Made by a program: the position numbers and the translations under genes
Part shown: positions 1 through 7,373 of the stretch, piece by piece
How the letters are laid out: the number at the start of each line of letters is the position of its first letter
Position numbering within the stretch: position 1 is the stretch's first letter
Notes under the pieces: model-generated
The model's database searches: none
The model's input: the letters and a program-made list of their open reading frames with translations, nothing else
What the model was told of the DNA's origin: nothing
Source: Abditibacteriaceae bacterium
GTDB taxonomy: Bacteria > Armatimonadota > Abditibacteriia > Abditibacteriales > Abditibacteriaceae
NCBI GenBank assembly: GCA_031372065.1
Contig: JANMKN010000079.1
Span: 1-17,602 of the forward strand
Reading direction: 5' to 3'
Length of the DNA stretch: 17,602 bases

Positions 1-1227
1 GTTGATTCACGTCTTGATTTGCAACCCGGCGCTGGTGGTTTGAACACGCTGCGTGTGCTGATTAATTTTCAAATCGCCTTGCCGCCAAACCCTAAAGTTC
101 GCGTGGAATACCGCGACGAGAACTATTCCGGGCGAACTGGATGGATGGAAATCATTGCCGTCGCTGCATCGGGCTTGGTCATTCGCGATTCGGATGCGTC
201 ATCCACGGATCGCAGCCGTGAGCTAACGGTTTTTCCGACAGACTCGAACATTGTGCCGCCGCGTCAGAATGCGGCCTCGTTTACCGTCGTAAAAGCGAGC
301 GCGGCGGCTACGGTCAATTCCTCGCCCGCGCCATCAAATCTCACAGAACTAAATAAAATTCCGTCTACCATTTCGACTGCCCAAACGAGTGCCAACACAC
401 CGCAGAATCGTTTCACGCAAACCATCGCCGAACGCAATTTAACGCCTGGAGTTATGCTGCTCGGCGTGCTGATTGCTTTGGCTTTTGGTGCGGTTCACGC
501 GCTGTCGCCGGGGCACGGTAAAACAATGGTGGCGGCTTATTTGGTCGGCTCGCGTGGCACAGCGCGCCATGCAGTTTTGCTCGGCGCGGTTGTCACGATT
601 ACGCACACCTTTGGCGTGTTTTTGTTGGGTCTTATCACACTGTTTGCCACGCGCTATATCGTGCCCGAAAAATTGTATCCGGCTCTCAGCGGTGCCAGTG
701 GCTTGCTCATTTTCGGCGTCGGCTTGTGGCTTTTGATGGATCGTTGGCAACAATTGCAGGGCCATAGTCACGGGCATCACCACAACCATAGTCACGGCCA
801 CGACCATTCGCATGAGGACTACGAAGAACATCTGGATGAACACGGGAAATTAGTGCATTCGCACGGCGGTAAAGCGCACACACATACCGTTCCCGATGGG
901 CCGGTCACAGCGAAAACTTTGATTCTTCTGGGCATCTCCGGCGGCATTGTGCCGTGCCCGGAGGCTCTGGTAGTTTTGTTGGCCGCTATCAAGATGAACC
1001 GCATTCTTTATGGGCTTTTGCTTATCGTGGGTTTCAGCGTGGGGTTGGCAGCAGCGCTGATTGCGATTGGCCTTATTGTTGTCTCGGCGCGGCAACGCTT
1101 GGGCAAACTTGATAATCTTTCCAGCAGCGGCAAGCTGGTTCGCTATTTGCCGGTGGGCAGCGCAGCGATTATCACGGTCATCGGCGCGGCCATGACCATG
1201 AGTGCCATGGGTTCCGGCACGCCATAG
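1..1227 (+). CDS. Nickel/cobalt transporter, RcnA/NiCoT(HoxN)-like, with soluble N-terminal extension; 5'-partial
   Basis: Frame is open from base 1 (VDSRLDLQPG...) to TAG 1225-1227. Motifs HALSPGHGKT, THTFGVFLLG and GIVPCPEA, a long His-rich loop (GHSHGHHHNHSHGHDHSH...HSHGGKAHTH) and about six hydrophobic helices. Confidence 0.88.
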   Translation, partial: VDSRLDLQPGAGGLNTLRVLINFQIALPPNPKVRVEYRDENYSGRTGWMEIIAVAASGLVIRDSDASSTDRSRELTVFPTDSNIVPPRQNAASFTVVKASAAATVNSSPAPSNLTELNKIPSTISTAQTSANTPQNRFTQTIAERNLTPGVMLLGVLIALAFGAVHALSPGHGKTMVAAYLVGSRGTARHAVLLGAVVTITHTFGVFLLGLITLFATRYIVPEKLYPALSGASGLLIFGVGLWLLMDRWQQLQGHSHGHHHNHSHGHDHSHEDYEEHLDEHGKLVHSHGGKAHTHTVPDGPVTAKTLILLGISGGIVPCPEALVVLLAAIKMNRILYGLLLIVGFSVGLAAALIAIGLIVVSARQRLGKLDNLSSSGKLVRYLPVGSAAIITVIGAAMTMSAMGSGTP

Positions 1228-1234
1228 GAAAACA

Positions 1235-1939
1235 ATGGATTTAACTTTCATTTCGCTGTTACTTGGAGCCTGTGGCCTCGGCATGGCGCACGCTTTTGAA
1301 GTGGATCACATGACTGCGGTGTCGGCTTTCGTGGCGCAAAAACCATCGCCGCGCCACGCCGCTTTATTTGGCATTAAGTGGGCCATTGGTCATGCCTTTA
1401 GCTTGCTGATGCTCGGCACAATTCTATTCGCCTTGCGATTGACGATTTCCGACGGTATAGCCATGTCACTCGAACGTTTGGTCGGCGTGGCACTCTTTGT
1501 TTTGGGACTGTGGACGCTCAAACAATTGCACGCCAGCTTTTTAGGACACACACACCAGCACCGGCACACGCCCGACGAATTAGCCGCCATCGCTACGCAA
1601 GAAGGCGACGAAGCTGCTACGCGGATTCACACACACGCCGATGGCACCACGCACGCGCATTCACACGATTCGCTTTTTATGGGCATATTGCACGGCGCGG
1701 CGGGCACGGCGGCCTTTGTGGGACAATCGTTGGTTGCTGTATCGCAAACCTACGCCAAAGTTTTCTCGTTTACTTTAGCCTTTAGCATCGGCGTTTTAAT
1801 CGCAATGGGTGCTTATTCGGCGGCGCTCGGCAGCATTATCACACTCAGCGAGCGCCGTTCCACCGCCATCGTTCATGGCGTGCGCGCCTTAACCGGAATT
1901 TGGGCGTGCGGCGTCGGAATCTACTGGATTTTCAAGTAA
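1235..1939 (+). CDS. UreH/SodT-like nickel transporter or urease-accessory membrane protein
   Basis: ATG 1235 follows AGGAAA overlapping the upstream stop. Motifs GMAHAFEVDHMTAV, WAIGHAFSL and GILHGAAG, a His-rich loop (HTHQHRH...HTHADGTTHAHSH) and about six TM segments; 234 aa. Confidence 0.82.
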   Translation: MDLTFISLLLGACGLGMAHAFEVDHMTAVSAFVAQKPSPRHAALFGIKWAIGHAFSLLMLGTILFALRLTISDGIAMSLERLVGVALFVLGLWTLKQLHASFLGHTHQHRHTPDELAAIATQEGDEAATRIHTHADGTTHAHSHDSLFMGILHGAAGTAAFVGQSLVAVSQTYAKVFSFTLAFSIGVLIAMGAYSAALGSIITLSERRSTAIVHGVRALTGIWACGVGIYWIFK

Positions 1940-1971
1940 ATTTCGGGCGAGGATAGTGCCCAATGGATAAG
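1940..1971 (+). repeat. Imperfect 32-bp direct repeat, copy 1
   Basis: ATTTCGGGCGAGGATAGTGCCCAATGGATAAG matches 7257-7288 at 27/32 positions without gaps. Confidence 0.75.
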
Positions 1972-2009
1972 TATCCCTACCATAAACCTACACCTTAATT
2001 CCACTGCGA

Positions 2010-2037
2010 TTGCGCCAGATAAAATAACTGCTATAAT
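2010..2037 (+). promoter_or_regulatory. Putative sigma70 promoter with extended -10
   Basis: TTGCGC (2010-2015), 16-nt spacer, TATAAT (2032-2037) preceded by TG-C (2029-2031), in an AT-rich intergenic region upstream of the cassette. Confidence 0.65.
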
Positions 2038-2163
2038 AACCCTTGTTCTTGAAATAGTGCCTCGGTAAAGATGTAGGGGACAGCAAAACCATAGCGTTTC
2101 ATTTGAAAATCGCTTTCATTCAAACTACTTCTGTCGGGCGCTTTTATTTTAGAAGGTTGCATC

Positions 2164-2523
2164 ATGGCTATTTATCAATACTTGCTCGCTAACCCCAATC
2201 CCACCAATCCCAGTGCCGGTTCTCAACTGCGCCATATTCTCCGTCCGGCACAGCGGTTACAAGCCGCGAACTCGCCGATGCGCGCCGCTTTTTAGGCGAT
2301 TATCTTGTAAAAGTGCCTTGACGTTCCCATAAATGAAGCCGTGTCCTTTGGCGACATCGTGCAAGCGGCACACAACAAAATTGGTGCTAACCCTGTGCTC
2401 ATTTCGGCGAATGTTGAGGAAGCGGGCACCTCCGGCAAGGTGCGCGTGGTGCTAATCAACGATTCGGGAGCCACCATCGCCAACTTTGCCGGTCAACTGT
2501 TTGTGACAGTGTGGCAGTATTAA
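2164..2523 (+). pseudogene. Internally deleted, interrupted paralog of the tailspike-like gene at 5155-7227
   Basis: ATG 2164 (after AGAAGG) reads MAIYQYLLANPNPTNPSAGSQLRHI, resembling MAQDEYLYDTAATPPIVPAASPMLRRI. In-frame TAG 2293-2295 and TAA 2308-2310 follow. The same frame then gives GDIVQAAHN...VLISANVE...KVRVVLINDSGATI...VWQY*, matching GDIAMVSHN...VLISAFVE...KVRVVMRNESGASI...VWKY*. Confidence 0.75.
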
Positions 2524-2551
2524 TAAACAGGTCAATGGATGAGTTTGTTAA

Positions 2552-2572
2552 AGCGGGTCAATGTCACCCGCT
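2552..2572 (+). other. Small GC-rich hairpin directly upstream of the RBS
   Basis: AGCGGGT (2552-2558) pairs with ACCCGCT (2566-2572), 7-nt loop; AGGAG begins at 2574. Confidence 0.4.
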
Positions 2573-2582
2573 CAGGAGTTTT

Positions 2583-5078
2583 ATGCAGCGTTTCACTTTT
2601 TCTTCGTTTTGTCTTTTGTTGTGCAGTGTGCTGCTTGGCGCGCTCTCGAACCATGCACAGGCGGCGACCTTTACCGTCGTCAACACCAATCAAGTCGGCA
2701 CTGGCAGTTTGCGCAAGGCACTCAACGATGCCAATGCCACGCCGGGAGCCGATAGTATCGTTTTCACGATTCCCAGCTCTGGTCTTCACACCATCGCGCC
2801 CACGTCTCCGCTACCCACCATCACCGAGGCTGTGACCATTGATGGCTACTCGCAACCGGGCGCCACTCCCAATACGCAGACCAATAGCGACGATGCGGTC
2901 ATCCTCATCGAACTTGATGGCAGCAACGCGGGCGCGGACGCTTATGGCCTCAAAATCACAGGCGGCAACTGCACGGTGCGCGGTTTGTGCATCAATCGCT
3001 TCAACCTGCACGGCATCCTGATGCACACGCGAGGCAATAACATCATCACCGGCAACTTCATTGGCTGCGACCCCGGCGGCACGCTCAACCGCGACAATGG
3101 TGGGCATGGCATCGCCATTCCCAGCGGCAACGCCAACCGCATCGGTGGCACCACGCCCGCCGAGCGCAACCTGCTATCGGGCAACCGCAACACGGGTGTG
3201 CAAATTTCCAGCAATCTGACCAGCGGCAATGTGGTGCAAGGCAACTTCATCGGCACCGACAAAAGCGGCGGCGTGGCGTTGGGCAATGGCCTCAACGGTA
3301 TCTACATCACGCAGGGTGCGACCAACAACCTCATCGGCGGTATCGGCTCCGCAGCGCGCAACATCATTTCCGGCAATGAGCGGCGCGGGGTGCAGATTGC
3401 CAACGGCGCCAATGCCAATCAGGTGCAGGGCAACACCATCGGCTTGAACAGCGCGGGCTTGCAGAAAGTGGGCAACGGCAGTGATGGTGTGGCAATTACT
3501 GAGAGCAACAACAACCTGATTGGCAGCAGTCAAGCGGGCGGCGGCAACCTGATTAGCGGCAACGGCAGCCGATTTTATGGCGGCAACGGTGTTGCTGTTA
3601 GTGGCAGTGGCGCCAGCAACAACCGTATCGAAGGCAATCTCATTGGCACCAATGTCAATGGTAGCCTTCCTCTTGACTTTGGCGTGGGCAACTACATTCA
3701 TGGCGTATCTATTAGCGACGGTGCTTCCAACAATATGGCAGGTGGCACAACGAATGGGACGGGCAATTTGATTGGCGCCAATGGTCATAACAACTCTGAT
3801 AACACGCCACGATATTATGGCATGGGTGTGGTTCTTACAGGCCCAGTGGCAACGGCGAACAAAGTGCAGGGCAACCGCATTAAGCGTAATCAAGGCAACG
3901 GGATATGGATCAATCAATCGGCGGATAACCTGATTGGTGGCACCACAACGGGCGCGCGCAACGTCATTACTGGCAATGCTCAATTTCCTTCTCCGCTAAA
4001 TGGTAACGCTGGCATTGAGATATTCGGCAGTCAGGCCTCGAATAATCAGGTGCAGGGCAACTACATTGGTCTTGATGAAACCGGCAGCGCAACAGATCGC
4101 AATGGGTATAACACAAGCGCTGGCGGGGGGGTCTATCTTAATGATGCTCCGAGTAATACAGTTGGTGGCTCTCTCAGTGGAAGTCGCAATATAATTTCTG
4201 GCAATCTCATAGGTGTCCAGATTGCAGGATTGAATGCACAAAACAGTCAAATCCTTGGTAATTACATTGGCACTGATGCCAGCGGCACCCAAGATTTGGG
4301 AAATGGTTTTGGCGTGTGCATTGGGGATTTTTTAGGAAATACGCATATTGGTGCCAGTAACAACGTAGTAGGTGGCAATACATTGGCGGCGGCCAATGTT
4401 ATTTCTGGTAATTCAGAGGGAATAATTTTGGTTGGCACCACCACTCAAAACAATCAGATCATCGGCAACTTCATTGGCACACAAGAAGACGGTATTAGTG
4501 CGTTGAGCAACTCCTTTCGTGGCATTGCTGTTTTATTAGGCGCTAAAGCCAATAAGATTGGTGGTTTAGGTAGTGGGACTAATACAATTGCCTTCAATGG
4601 TGAGGACGGAGTGCAAATAGCTGAAGGCACCGGTAATGAGATTGTGGGTAACTCCATCTTCTCCAATGGCGAACTTGGCATTGATTTATTAAGTAACGGC
4701 GTCACCGCCAACGATGGGGGCGACGCCGATAGCGGCGCCAACAACCTGCAAAATTATCCGGTGCTGAGTGGCGCGGCTGTCTCGCAGGCATCGGGCACAG
4801 TGACGGCCATTGACGGCACGCTCAATAGCAGGGCCAGCCAACTCTTTCGGGTGGACTTTTATGCCAGCCCCTCGGCTGACCCCAGCGGCTTCGGCGAAGG
4901 CAAAACTTATTTAGGCAGCGTCACCGTTACCACCAATGGCAGCGGCAACGTCTCGTTTAGCTTTAATGCCAGCGGAGACCGCAGTGGTCAGGTCATCACA
5001 GCAACAGCCACCAACACCACCACGCACGACACCAGCGAATTCAGCCAAGCCGTGACTGTGGCACCAGCTGGGCCGTAA
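2583..5078 (+). CDS. Secreted right-handed parallel beta-helix repeat protein (CSLREA-like N-cap), putative surface protein or adhesin
   Basis: AGGAG 2574-2578 then ATG 2583. Sec signal MQRFTFSSFCLLLCSVLLGALSNHAQA|ATFTV, N-cap GTGSLRKALNDAN, about eight Gly/Asn repeats (NxxxGNxIG...NxIGG...RNxISGN) and a C-cap ANNLQNYPVL...GFGEGKTYLG...TATAT...TSEFS; 831 aa. Confidence 0.88.
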   Translation: MQRFTFSSFCLLLCSVLLGALSNHAQAATFTVVNTNQVGTGSLRKALNDANATPGADSIVFTIPSSGLHTIAPTSPLPTITEAVTIDGYSQPGATPNTQTNSDDAVILIELDGSNAGADAYGLKITGGNCTVRGLCINRFNLHGILMHTRGNNIITGNFIGCDPGGTLNRDNGGHGIAIPSGNANRIGGTTPAERNLLSGNRNTGVQISSNLTSGNVVQGNFIGTDKSGGVALGNGLNGIYITQGATNNLIGGIGSAARNIISGNERRGVQIANGANANQVQGNTIGLNSAGLQKVGNGSDGVAITESNNNLIGSSQAGGGNLISGNGSRFYGGNGVAVSGSGASNNRIEGNLIGTNVNGSLPLDFGVGNYIHGVSISDGASNNMAGGTTNGTGNLIGANGHNNSDNTPRYYGMGVVLTGPVATANKVQGNRIKRNQGNGIWINQSADNLIGGTTTGARNVITGNAQFPSPLNGNAGIEIFGSQASNNQVQGNYIGLDETGSATDRNGYNTSAGGGVYLNDAPSNTVGGSLSGSRNIISGNLIGVQIAGLNAQNSQILGNYIGTDASGTQDLGNGFGVCIGDFLGNTHIGASNNVVGGNTLAAANVISGNSEGIILVGTTTQNNQIIGNFIGTQEDGISALSNSFRGIAVLLGAKANKIGGLGSGTNTIAFNGEDGVQIAEGTGNEIVGNSIFSNGELGIDLLSNGVTANDGGDADSGANNLQNYPVLSGAAVSQASGTVTAIDGTLNSRASQLFRVDFYASPSADPSGFGEGKTYLGSVTVTTNGSGNVSFSFNASGDRSGQVITATATNTTTHDTSEFSQAVTVAPAGP

Positions 5079-5084
5079 GAACTT

Positions 5085-5112
5085 AGCGGGGCGCCTGTGG
5101 CGCCCCGCTTTT
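5085..5112 (+). terminator. Rho-independent terminator
   Basis: Perfect 11-bp stem AGCGGGGCGCC / GGCGCCCCGCT, loop TGT, ending in a short T run, 6 nt after the stop codon. Confidence 0.75.
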
Positions 5113-5154
5113 CATTAAGCAAAATTGTTTGGCAGACACAAAGGAGAATTTAAC

Positions 5155-7227
5155 ATGGCACAAGATGAGTATTTGTATGATACGGCGGCAACCCCGCCGA
5201 TTGTTCCTGCGGCGTCCCCGATGCTGCGTCGCATCGGCACGACAGTCGTGCGCGTAGATGCCGCCTTGGAAGTCGGTGGCTTTAATTCGTCAAGCGTAAT
5301 GGAGGAAAAGAATCTGATCATTTCCGGGCCGCGCCCCTTCATTGATGTGCGAGCCTATGGTGCCATCGGCGATGGCATGAACGATGATACTAACGCCATT
5401 CAAAAAGCGATTGACGCGGCAGAAGCACTAAACTCTGGTGGCCGCGTTATCACGCCCGTTTATTTCTCGGCTCAAAACAAACCCACACTAAACAATCCCA
5501 ACCCATTCTACAAAATCACAGATTCTTTAAAAATCAACCGCAGTTTTGTGGTTCTTATGGGCGCCACGCCCGCTGTTACCATCAAAAACACTGCTGCCGG
5601 GAAAAATGTCGTTGAAATCAATACCTTAAATCCCTCTGAGGGCAAACCACTGCTCAGTGGCGTAGAAATTCATAATCTCACGTTAATTGGCGCGAATGGA
5701 ACAACGGCGATTGATGCCGATCAAGTAGAATACCTGCGAATTTTTTCTGTTGATACCACAGGGCACAGCGGCACCTCGCTCAAGATGTATAGCACTGGCG
5801 TGTCGTATTCCGGCTGCGTTTTCGCCCACATCAGCGACTTTATCGCCAACCCGACCATTGCCACCGGCGTGACGGCCATCATTGACGATCAGGGCAAAAA
5901 CAACCGCTACGAGAACCTACGCATCAGCAATGCGGCTACCGCTATTTCCTTTATCAACGTGCATGGCGCTGAAATCACTGGCGCCGGTTTTGAGAATAAC
6001 ACGGATACAGCCATCAAAGCGACGACGGAAGACCTCAACACGACCAAACTGGACACCAAGCGCTCGTTTCGTGTGGTGTCGTCACTCTTTTCCGGCAATT
6101 TCAAAGCGATTGAAGCGAACCGGGGCTACAGCGTGGAAGTGGAAAATTGCAGCACCAAGGGCGGCGTGAACACTTCAAAGAATCCATTAGATGCCATTTT
6201 GTTGGATGGTGGCGGGCGCATCTCCGGTCACGACGGCGGCGACGGCACACAATTTAAATCGTTGGCCGGCCTTATCGAGGTTGAGCATTCGTGGAACTTT
6301 TATGCGCTGGCCTCACAAATCCGCCGGCCCGGTGTCCTGCCACCCTTCGATTCTTATTTCATTAACGAAGCCATTCGCAGTTGGTTTGAAAGCGATATTC
6401 TTTGGGCTGTTTCTCCCACTACGTCCCCGCCTGTTACTGTATCCACACTGCAAACTGGTGGCTTTTTAGGAACAAAGCACAAAACCGTGACCTTCATTTC
6501 GGGCGGTGCAGGGCAAGGTTTCGGGCAGGCTTTGATGAATAATGCGAGCCTTAATACGCCACGCGATTTGGCTAACGGTGACACCTATTACACAATGGTG
6601 GCCTTCAAGCCTTTAATCGCGAACGAAGTATTGTCTTTCGCGCATATCTTCAATACCAGTTCGAATTTGCCTACAACAAACGATAAGGCAATCAATGTCG
6701 TTACAGAAACCGACTGGCAAATCGCAGCATGGGCAACAACGGCGAGGCCCACTTCCGGCACTGTGAATGCAAAATCAGTGATCTTTCTGGGCGCTGCGGT
6801 AGCCAGTGCTTTGGCGGTGTGGGTGGGCGCTATTGCGTGCGGCAGAAGCGATAAAATCGCTTTCCTTAGCACCGGAGATATATCAGGCGGCGTGCCCGCT
6901 GGTGGCGTTTTGCCTTTTGGCACAGTTGCCATGCAAAAACTGGCCTTGGGTCAAAGTCCTGTTTTCACTCATTTATCAGTGACCGCACCGTGGAATACAG
7001 GCACTATCGCAAATAACGCCACAGTGTCAACTGATATAACAGTCACTGGCGCGGCATTAGGCGACATTGCGATGGTCTCTCACAATGCGCTGCATGGCAC
7101 TAACGTGGTGGTTCTTATTTCGGCCTTTGTCGAAAGCACCGATAAGGTGCGTGTCGTAATGCGCAATGAATCAGGCGCAAGCATTTCTCTTTCCGGCACT
7201 GTGCGAGCCAGTGTGTGGAAGTATTGA
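5155..7227 (+). CDS. Tailspike-like beta-helix protein (pectate_lyase_3/GH55-type N-cap), putative polysaccharide depolymerase or adhesin
   Basis: AAGGAG 5141-5146 then ATG 5155. Signature IDVRAYGAIGDGMNDDTNAIQKAIDAA, a beta-helix-like core and a beta-rich C-terminal module WNTGTIANNATVSTDITVTGAALGD...VWKY; no hydrophobic signal peptide; 690 aa. Confidence 0.8.
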   Translation: MAQDEYLYDTAATPPIVPAASPMLRRIGTTVVRVDAALEVGGFNSSSVMEEKNLIISGPRPFIDVRAYGAIGDGMNDDTNAIQKAIDAAEALNSGGRVITPVYFSAQNKPTLNNPNPFYKITDSLKINRSFVVLMGATPAVTIKNTAAGKNVVEINTLNPSEGKPLLSGVEIHNLTLIGANGTTAIDADQVEYLRIFSVDTTGHSGTSLKMYSTGVSYSGCVFAHISDFIANPTIATGVTAIIDDQGKNNRYENLRISNAATAISFINVHGAEITGAGFENNTDTAIKATTEDLNTTKLDTKRSFRVVSSLFSGNFKAIEANRGYSVEVENCSTKGGVNTSKNPLDAILLDGGGRISGHDGGDGTQFKSLAGLIEVEHSWNFYALASQIRRPGVLPPFDSYFINEAIRSWFESDILWAVSPTTSPPVTVSTLQTGGFLGTKHKTVTFISGGAGQGFGQALMNNASLNTPRDLANGDTYYTMVAFKPLIANEVLSFAHIFNTSSNLPTTNDKAINVVTETDWQIAAWATTARPTSGTVNAKSVIFLGAAVASALAVWVGAIACGRSDKIAFLSTGDISGGVPAGGVLPFGTVAMQKLALGQSPVFTHLSVTAPWNTGTIANNATVSTDITVTGAALGDIAMVSHNALHGTNVVVLISAFVESTDKVRVVMRNESGASISLSGTVRASVWKY

Positions 7228-7256
7228 GAGACATCGAATTTTGTAGTTGTAATAGG

Positions 7257-7288
7257 ATTTCCGGCGGGGACAGTGCCCAAAGGACAAG
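7257..7288 (+). repeat. Imperfect 32-bp direct repeat, copy 2
   Basis: ATTTCCGGCGGGGACAGTGCCCAAAGGACAAG, 27/32 identical to 1940-1971. Confidence 0.75.
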
Positions 7289-7314
7289 CCCTTTTACATA
7301 ATTCTTAGCCATTT

Positions 7315-7364
7315 AAACATAAAGCATCGGCGCTATGCAAGAACGCGCCGATGCTTTATGTTTT
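7315..7364 (+). terminator. 19-bp perfect inverted repeat, probable intrinsic terminator
   Basis: AAACATAAAGCATCGGCGC (7315-7333) / GCGCCGATGCTTTATGTTT (7345-7363), 11-nt loop, T-rich 3' end. Confidence 0.7.
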
Positions 7365-7373
7365 AATGTGGTT

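Noticed and set aside
761..815. Short repeats such as CCATAGTCACGG in the first gene
   Set aside because: They encode the His-rich loop and are not a separate repeat element.
3174..3983. 269-aa antisense ORF
   Set aside because: Shadow of the plus-strand beta-helix gene with no recognisable motifs.
1940..7288. Cassette as an autonomous prophage or integrative element
   Set aside because: No integrase, transposase, tRNA target or phage structural genes; only imperfect repeats, reported as a finding.
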